This document shows, piece after piece, positions 58,601-64,000 of a stretch of DNA of 64,000 bases. Below the pieces are notes generated by a model that was not told where the DNA came from, did not search any database, and saw only the letters and a program-made list of their open reading frames with translations. Within the stretch, counting starts at the first letter, position 1. Every line of letters begins with the position of its first letter. Origin of the DNA: Lama glama (lineage: Eukaryota); NCBI GenBank assembly GCA_028534125.1, contig CM052850.1, positions 23,994,001 through 24,058,000 on the forward strand, written 5' to 3'. The translations under genes and the position numbers were made by a program.

Positions 58601-61600
58601 GCTCCCGCCCCCATGCAGTATGACAGTGCGAACCTGGGCCTTGCCCTCTGTGCTGTTTTCCCTGCGCTCCTAAATATTCTGTCAGTCCTGACACTTGTGG
58701 CTACACACAAGGGTCCCAGAAAATGCAACGCTGATTAACTTCACAGAGCCCCCAGAGAGGCAGGCCTGGTCACTGCCTGAGCCTGTGCTGCACTGGAAGC
58801 ATCTCAGGGTGGTGGCAGACTTCCCTCACAGGCACTGTGGTCCTGGACCAGCGCAGACTGTCCTCGCTCAGCTGTGAGTGTGGGCCCACCTGGCCTGGGC
58901 AGCCCGCGCTGGCAGAGCTCGGGCACTGTCACTGTGCCTCCAGCACACCACCTCCTGTCTCTGTGCCTGTTAGACAGAGGCTGTGGTCTAAGCCTGGCAC
59001 AGGGAGAATTGGAGGTCCCCCCCTATCCTCTGCAGTGAACCGGGCAGGGGGCCCTTTGGGGGCAGAGCGCTGACTCAGGCACTCAGAGTCCTGACTCGGC
59101 CCCACGGGGGCCCCTGTGCTCGCCATCCTCAGCAGGTTGGCGGTGCCAGGCATCGCTCTGACAAGAGTTGGGAGGTGCCAGCCACCGCTCGCAAAACCTA
59201 GGCCGCCACCGCCACTTTCTGTTTATTACCATATTGTACAGGAGTGTTCGTTTTTATCATGATTATCGTGATCATTTAAGTAATACTTTGAAATAAGCAT
59301 TTACAATTTTTTCTCCTTTTCCAGTTTTATTAGATAGAATTACTACAGTTCGACTGCACCTAAAACAAGCATTTTAAAACCCAGCTTATTAGTACAGACG
59401 AAAGCAATGTCCCTGTAGCCACAGTCAGAGCATCGGCACCTACATTTTGCTTCCTTTTCTCTTTCAGTTGGAATCCTCATTTTGCATGTTATCATATTTT
59501 ATTTTACTAGAGTGAAGTTTCTCTCTTCTGGGTTGGCTTTTTGGGGTCTTGTTGGGAATTCCTTCCTTACCCCAAGGACATACTCTCCATTTCCTTCTAA
59601 GTCTTCAAGTTCTGCTTTTCTTAGGCCTAGACTCCATTTCCGTGGATGGATTAAGGTAGAAATCTAGCTCCACCTTTCACACCTGGACACCCTGTTATCT
59701 GGTGGGTTTGGGGGCGCCCTCTCCCCACGGGGGCTTTGCGACACCCCCATTGCCTGGGGCAGCTCGCCCTGACTTTTCTGATGGCTCAGCTATTCTTGGC
59801 CCTCGGCTTTCCCCAATGAATTTTATGATCACTTTATATTTGTTCCACCCCCAAAAAATCCCATTAGATTTTTCAGTTGCATTGAATTTACAGATTTGGG
59901 GAGGTTAGACTTTTTGGGGGGGGTTAGGTTTGTTAAAGGAGATACTGGAGTTTGAACCCAGGACCTCGTGTATGCCAAGCACATGCTCTACCCTCCCCGA
60001 GAATGGACGTCTTCGATAGTGCTGTCCATCTACAAATACGGCATTAAGTTGTGATAGATTTTTGCTGTTTTTCTCCATGAGCAGTTTACTTTTCTCAGAT
60101 TTAGTTTAGGCATCACCTCATCATTGTTATTCCTTAGATAATCATAGATGATCAGACCTGCAGGTAAGAACCTTAGTTCTTTCCTTTTGAATTCGTACTT
60201 TTTCTTGTCACACAGCACTGCCGAGGATCTCAAGGCTGTTGAATAGGGGCACTGGTGGGGCCCTTGTTTGCAAAGCTTTCAAAACACTCCACTAAGAATA
60301 AAGGCTCCTATTTGCTGCTGGGTTTACGGTTGTGTGGCTGTTGAAAGTTCACCGATGTATTTTCTAGATGTATCAAGATGAGGACCTTATTTTTTTCCAT
60401 CTTTTGATGCTTTTTTTCTTGACGTTGCTTCCTCTTAGCTGAATTAAGGTTTTAATCTAAGTTCTTAAGTGATATTAGACTGATTTTATTGTACTTTATT
60501 TTGCTATCATGATGGTTCTGGCTTCTGTAAAGTCAGTTAGGTAGCCTTCCTGGTTTCCATTCTCTGAAACATTTCATATAAAGTAGGCATTTATTGAAGG
60601 TCTGAAGTCCTGTTAAAACCAGGTTCAGTATCCTTTGGAAAGGCAGAGATCTTACTAATTAAAACTATACTTGATATTTCTTAAGTTTACTTGGGTCTTT
60701 TTCTAACAGCTTAAAAGCTTTCAAGCCTAACTCTTTTTATCTTTCTATCTTTCTTTTTGAAAAATCCTTTTTAAGGCCATAAGTTTACCCTTACTTCCTA
60801 ACCTGTATTTCTTAAATGCCTTTCGACGCTGGATCCTTTAGTCTTTATTCCACTGGGCCGGATTTGCTTTAGTGGCACTCGGGTGTTTCCCAGCACAACT
60901 GAAAGGGCTGGGAGCAGCGTGGCCCAAGGAGAGGACTGCTGGGAGGGGAGCGCCCACCAGGCCGTGGCCCCTGCCTGCACAAAATGTGTCAACATTGCTT
61001 GACTTTTCAGAGCAGAACCTGGAGCGGCAGGTGTTGCAGACGCAGTGCAGGCGGCTGGAGGCCCAGCACTACAGCCTCAGCCGCAGCGCGGAGCAGCTCT
61101 CCCACAGCGTGGCGGTGAGTCTCAGGGCCCTGCCTTGGCCGGAGGGGCTGCCGGTGGGCTCCTGGGGGGGTCTCCGAAAGCAAATACATGCTTTTTTTGT
61201 TCACCCTTTCAAGTTTGGGTTCAGGAGCACCCATACAGCCAACTGCTGACGGGAATCCTGCTCTTGAGAGATCAAAACTTGTAGTCTTAGGGGGAAATTC
61301 AGGAATCAGTTAATGACCCAAGATACACCTAAGGAAGGACCTGTCTGCCATTAATTTGCAGAGTATTGATCCTCAAGGGTGAAGATGCTCTTTGAGGGAA
61401 CTGTGTACTTCCTTTATCAGACTCCCCTACTGTGCTTCATTAAGGATGGAAGGAGGAACGCTCTTGAGGCAGGACAGGCTCCCCTCCCCCGCTGCGGCCT
61501 GCCCGACAGCCACACAAGCTTCCTCCCCACCCGCGTCTCGGGTCAGGTCTCACACACCTTGGCCACTCCTGACACAGCCGCTGTTAGACGCAGGGCTGGT

Positions 61601-61921
61601 TCTTGCAGGGTTGAAGCCGAGACAGCAGCAGACATGGGTTCTGTGAGAGCCCAAGGCTGGGGGCCGGTTGGAGCTGACTCCCGAGGCCCCTGCCAGCACA
61701 CCGAGCTGCGAGGGCTTCCTTCCCATGGGGCCTCCAGCGCACGCCACCCATTTCCTCACAGCATGAGATGAGTTTGTTTTACCTGAACTTCTCTCTCTCC
61801 AGGAGTTGAGGAGCCAGAAACAGAAGATTGTTTCAGAAAGGGAGCGACTCCAGGCAGAACTGGATCACTTACGGAAGTGCCTTGCGTTGCCTGCAATGCA
61901 TTGGCCTAGGGGCTACTTTAA
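13630..61921 (+). CDS. GSE1: GSE1, whole spliced coding span (16 coding exons; the stop codon lies in the N-gap starting at 61922)
   Basis: The joined exons give recognisable GSE1 peptides: MK-G..., [61 protein letters not shown], an RE-rich coiled coil, [60 protein letters not shown] and [20 protein letters not shown]. Every visible junction is GT-AG with a consistent phase. Confidence 0.97.
17345..17480. mobile_element. MER5A-like DNA transposon fragment
   Basis: cacttcagactcacctggggaactttaaaac...aaatctctaggggtggggcgcagacatctgcgttctgtaaa. Confidence 0.65.
20782..20850 (-). mobile_element. tRNA-Ala-derived short SINE (camelid Vic-1-like), second copy
   Basis: tggaggcactggggattggacctaggaccttgtgcacgccaagcatgtgctctactgctgagctata, with a T-rich tail upstream on the + strand. 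Confidence 0.8.
26419..26530 (+). mobile_element. MIR fragment
   Basis: ttctcccatctgtaaaatgggcacagtaat...gagttggtaggattt. Confidence 0.65.
27855..28043 (-). mobile_element. MIR element
   Basis: atgtgccaggc ... gatgaggaggctgagaccagaggggcagagtaacttgcccaaggttgcacagc ... gagctgggactcgagccc. Confidence 0.75.
30193..30396. other. N-gap (204 nt) covering the exon 2 acceptor and 5' part
   Basis: Run of N. Confidence 0.99.
30397..30470 (+). CDS. GSE1: GSE1 exon 2, visible 3' part (5' part in N-gap 30193-30396; start near 30252 if the exon is 219 nt as in human)
   Basis: Encodes [25 protein letters not shown]. Donor AG|gtaaga at 30471, phase 1. Confidence 0.93.
31166..31222 (+). mobile_element. MIR core fragment
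   Basis: gctgtgtgactttaggcaaa...cctctctgaacttcagccttcctgtttgta. Confidence 0.6.
33064..33127 (-). mobile_element. MIR core fragment
   Basis: cccattgtacagatggaggagctgcagctcagagaggtcaagtc...aggtcacacag. Confidence 0.7.
33470..33690 (-). mobile_element. L1M 3' end fragment, antisense
   Basis: aagatatcattcacat...ttttaaagcatacgattcagtgggtttt...gttgtgtgaccatcacc...ttccagaacatttttgtcacccc. Confidence 0.75.
38360..38790 (+). mobile_element. L1M 3' end fragment, sense
   Basis: cagtgtccacggacagatgac...aacaaaatgcagtccatcc...aaatgtccagaagaggcagatttat...gtggttgccaagagct...gggtttctctttgggg...tgaatgtactaaaaactagtgaattg, ending in cagtaaagc...aaaaaaa. Confidence 0.8.
40847..41046 (+). CDS. GSE1: GSE1 exon 3
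   Basis: ttctcccgcag|GGTCTTCA ... CGGCAG|gtgagt; 200 nt; [19 protein letters not shown]...VWRSESRQ. Confidence 0.96.
41150..41350. mobile_element. MLT1-like (MaLR) LTR fragment
   Basis: gtcctcacgtgg...ggggcccaccctagtgacctcgttttaacttaatcacctcttcaaagatcctgtgtccaa...gggttaggactcagcctcatgaatctgggg. Confidence 0.75.
45949..46121 (+). CDS. GSE1: GSE1 exon 4
   Basis: ctccagcag|GACGCC ... CTGAA|gtaagt; 173 nt; [57 protein letters not shown]. Tandem CAGCAG acceptor. Confidence 0.95.
46551..46748 (+). CDS. GSE1: GSE1 exon 5
   Basis: cttgcag|CCTCCAG ... TTCAG|gtgagg; 198 nt; [25 protein letters not shown]...HPFPHPAF. Confidence 0.96.
47278..47469 (+). CDS. GSE1: GSE1 exon 6
   Basis: ggcacag|GATGGAC ... 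GAGCG|gtaagc; 192 nt; [25 protein letters not shown]...ERMSSLGTE. Confidence 0.96.
47929..48239 (+). CDS. GSE1: GSE1 exon 7 (Arg/Glu-rich coiled coil)
   Basis: cctgcag|GCTGCAGATG ... GCAG|gtacca; 311 nt; [16 protein letters not shown]...EQLAPTRA. Confidence 0.95.
48712..49036 (+). CDS. GSE1: GSE1 exon 8
   Basis: cccacag|AGAAGCTG ... ACCAG|gtgggg; 325 nt; [19 protein letters not shown]...[24 protein letters not shown]. Confidence 0.95.
51580..52193 (+). CDS. GSE1: GSE1 exon 9
   Basis: tccctag|GCCGGGA ... GAAAG|gtccgc; 614 nt; [28 protein letters not shown]...[14 protein letters not shown]. Confidence 0.95.
53320..53432 (+). CDS. GSE1: GSE1 exon 10
   Basis: cgccag|GGTACTAC ... TCTGAG|gtatct; 113 nt; [37 protein letters not shown]. 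Confidence 0.96.
53657..53927 (+). CDS. GSE1: GSE1 exon 11
   Basis: aatctag|AAGCTA ... AAGG|gtaagg; 271 nt; [39 protein letters not shown]...HISSEKRK. Confidence 0.96.
55377..55490 (+). CDS. GSE1: GSE1 exon 12
   Basis: ttctcatag|ACAAAG ... AGCG|gtaagg; 114 nt; [37 protein letters not shown]. Confidence 0.95.
56167..56541 (+). CDS. GSE1: GSE1 exon 13 (start 56167 or 56170; TAGAAG tandem acceptor)
   Basis: tctctag|AAG|AACCG ... TAAAG|gtaacg; [16 protein letters not shown]...[31 protein letters not shown]. Confidence 0.94.
58079..58357 (+). CDS. GSE1: GSE1 exon 14
   Basis: ctccccag|GAACC ... AGAAG|gtacgc; 279 nt; [24 protein letters not shown]..., then an acidic tract, then [18 protein letters not shown]. 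Confidence 0.96.
59480..60700 (-). mobile_element. Ancient degraded L1 (L1ME-like), antisense, in intron 14
   Basis: An abrupt T-rich, low-GC block with antisense L1 phrases (ttgcattgaatttacagatttggggag, gctgttgaatagggg, gtagccttcctggtttccattctctgaaac). Confidence 0.6.
59938..59998 (-). mobile_element. tRNA-Ala-derived short SINE, third copy, internally deleted, inserted in the old L1
   Basis: ggagatactggagtttgaacccaggacctcgtgtatgccaagcacatgctctaccctcccc. Confidence 0.75.
61011..61114 (+). CDS. GSE1: GSE1 exon 15 (C-terminal coiled coil)
   Basis: cttttcag|AGCAGAAC ... GGCG|gtgagt; 104 nt; [34 protein letters not shown]. Confidence 0.96.
61803..61921 (+). CDS. GSE1: GSE1 exon 16, visible coding part (stop expected near 61937, inside the gap)
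   Basis: ctctctccag|GAGTTG; [39 protein letters not shown], followed by an N-run. Confidence 0.94.
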
Positions 61922-62093
61922 NNNNNNNNNNNNNNNNNNNNNNNNNNNNNNNNNNNNNNNNNNNNNNNNNNNNNNNNNNNNNNNNNNNNNNNNNNNNNNN
62001 NNNNNNNNNNNNNNNNNNNNNNNNNNNNNNNNNNNNNNNNNNNNNNNNNNNNNNNNNNNNNNNNNNNNNNNNNNNNNNNNNNNNNNNNNNNNN
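61922..62093. other. N-gap (172 nt) covering the stop codon
   Basis: Run of N. Confidence 0.99.
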
Positions 62094-62651
62094 GAACTCG
62101 CCTTGACTTCAATGCAATTGAATCACCTTTGTAATTCAGCGAGCAACCAATGTAGGATGCCCGTAGCTTTTTCTTTTTAAAGGCGGTTTTCTTCTTTTCC
62201 CAGGCCATCATTTTTTAATCTGAAAACGAAGGCTCCATTACCAACACTAAAACTCTCGTTTGTAGCCCCTGGGTGCGTCAGGTCGGACCCCACGGCTTCT
62301 GTGCCCTTCCTTCCCGTGTTCCCAGGCTTCGAGAACCCAGTTTGCTCCTCGCTGCAGGCGGGGCCGGTCTCGTTCCTCCCCAGGTCGGAGGAGACCTGCT
62401 TCAGCTGGAGGAAGGCGGGGTGCGTTTTAAGTAAAGGGTTTTTTTGTTTGTTTCAGTTATTTTTCTGCAAAATTCCCTTCAAAGCAACAGGTCCTTAAAG
62501 CACACAAAGCAACAGTACTGAAGCCTCACCCAAAGGCTTTTCCCTGGAAAAGCTCTTTACCTAAAGATAAAGCAAATCAACAAACTGAAGGTACCTTTTT
62601 ATTATTCTGTGGGGGGGGGGGGAGAATGTACCGAGCTCTGTGTATACACAT

Positions 62652-62796
62652 NNNNNNNNNNNNNNNNNNNNNNNNNNNNNNNNNNNNNNNNNNNNNNNNN
62701 NNNNNNNNNNNNNNNNNNNNNNNNNNNNNNNNNNNNNNNNNNNNNNNNNNNNNNNNNNNNNNNNNNNNNNNNNNNNNNNNNNNNNNNNNNNNNNNN
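62652..62796. other. N-gap (145 nt) in the 3' UTR
   Basis: Run of N. Confidence 0.99.
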
Positions 62797-62884
62797 ATAA
62801 AAAAGCCTGCCATTTTTAATATGTGGTTTGGGGGGATTTTTGTTGTTTGTTTTCCTGTTTGGGGGTTTTATTTGTTTTTGTTTT

Positions 62885-63032
62885 NNNNNNNNNNNNNNNN
62901 NNNNNNNNNNNNNNNNNNNNNNNNNNNNNNNNNNNNNNNNNNNNNNNNNNNNNNNNNNNNNNNNNNNNNNNNNNNNNNNNNNNNNNNNNNNNNNNNNNNN
63001 NNNNNNNNNNNNNNNNNNNNNNNNNNNNNNNN
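62885..63032. other. N-gap (148 nt) in the 3' UTR
   Basis: Run of N. Confidence 0.99.
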
Positions 63033-64000
63033 AGGTCATGTAGAAAGCCCTGCGCTGCTTTTTACCTCCGTCTGTGCCCCTTCCCTGCTCAGGACAGCAG
63101 ACGGCGACGCTAACCAGTTGCTATTAAGTGAGGAGAGGCTGGTCTGCAGTGGGAACACCGTAGCTACTGTGGTGCACCTTCACGGGCACACGGACACGGG
63201 GCTTTGGGAAGTGAGCAGTTCCTGTGTCCAGTCTGAGAGCAGCTGCAAAATAGCAAGTTAGGGGCTTTAGATGCAGCGCTTTGTAACAGCCTAAAAGTAG
63301 GATAAATGGTATCTGAGCACAACTCCTCTTGAACCTACTGTGACAGCACAGCAGCAGCTAGGAGCAGGCGTCATCCTATCAGTGCAGAGCCCGGGCAGAG
63401 AGAGCTTCCTTCCCGTCCCACTCACTGCTCATTCAAGCAGTGCTGAATCCAGATCAGGAGGGGCTCTCGTGCCCCAATGGGCCTGAACTAGAGGCCATAG
63501 CAGCCAGTGGTTGGTCTGTGGCGGGAAAGAAGGGGAGGAGCCCCTCGGTCCTGGGCCAGGGAAGGGCTGGCTGACCTTCAGGAAGGCCATTCCCTATGAC
63601 CGGTGGCCATGCCCTCAGCCCTAGACCTTAGCTGTGTGGAACAGCTTGCTGGCAGATGGCAGCGTGTGGCTTTATCTGTTCCCACACAGTTTGCTCTGTA
63701 TGCCTGCCAAGACTCTTCCAGTTATTAGCAAACTCAGAAAGTGCCGCCAGTATTACCAGCAGTCAGCCAGCACCTTCCTCTCTACAGACATGACTTGACT
63801 TGACAAAAACTAAGGGCTGTTCTGTGGGCCTCCTTACCTGCGAAGACGCAGGGCACCGTGTTCCACAGGTGGGCACAGGTGTTCAGAGGGAGCCCCACAG
63901 CCGACCATCAGGGCCAAACATCATTGAATTTCTCTTAATAATCTGCTTACTGTTCCTGGTCTGAAGGTTTGAGTTACATCTTACACTTCACCCCCAGTCC

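Larger units (their letters stand above)
62094..64000 (+). other. GSE1: GSE1 3' UTR (probably continues beyond the window)
   Basis: Follows the last coding exon, with T-rich tracts and lower GC. I saw no unambiguous AATAAA in the readable sequence. Human GSE1 is recalled to have a multi-kb 3' UTR. Confidence 0.7.

Noticed and set aside
62790-62802. Possible AATAAA poly(A) signal at the edge of the gap (nATAAA)
   Set aside because: The first base is N, so the signal cannot be supported.
63033-64000. GINS2, the tail-to-tail neighbour of GSE1 in human
   Set aside because: No GINS2 coding sequence is recognisable within the window. It probably lies beyond position 64000.
1-64000. CRISPR array, operon, prophage or other prokaryote-type novel system
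   Set aside because: The window is a spliced mammalian gene with ordinary interspersed repeats. I saw no regularly spaced repeat-spacer structure or unexplained coding block.

Overview
This is GC-rich mammalian genomic DNA, probably from a camelid, judged from three short tRNA-Ala-like SINEs and no recognisable Alu, B1/B2 or BovB. It holds nearly the whole GSE1 gene (Gse1 coiled-coil protein, a subunit of the CoREST/LSD1/HDAC 'BHC' complex) on the + strand. The gene has a CpG-island promoter at about 11.5-14.8 kb, 16 coding exons from the ATG at 13630 to a stop hidden in the N-gap after 61921, and about 2 kb of 3' UTR that probably runs past the window end. All visible splice sites are GT-AG and exon phases chain without a frameshift. 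The predicted protein is about 1208-1209 aa if the hidden parts match human lengths as I recall them. Five short N-gaps hide the 5' UTR, most of exon 2, the stop codon and parts of the 3' UTR. Almost all ORF-track entries are chance ORFs of GC-rich DNA. I found no evidence of a wholly new biological system. The best leads are (i) dense homeodomain-motif islands (TAATTA/GTAATTAC) in introns 1-2 and upstream that look like developmental enhancers, (ii) a symmetric exon 2, the source of human circGSE1, bracketed by inverted MIRs, (iii) an upstream alternative first exon with an out-of-frame uATG, (iv) several NAGNAG acceptors, and (v) a duplicated EKxxFLxxFxLT protein motif. Comparisons with human come from memory, not from a search.
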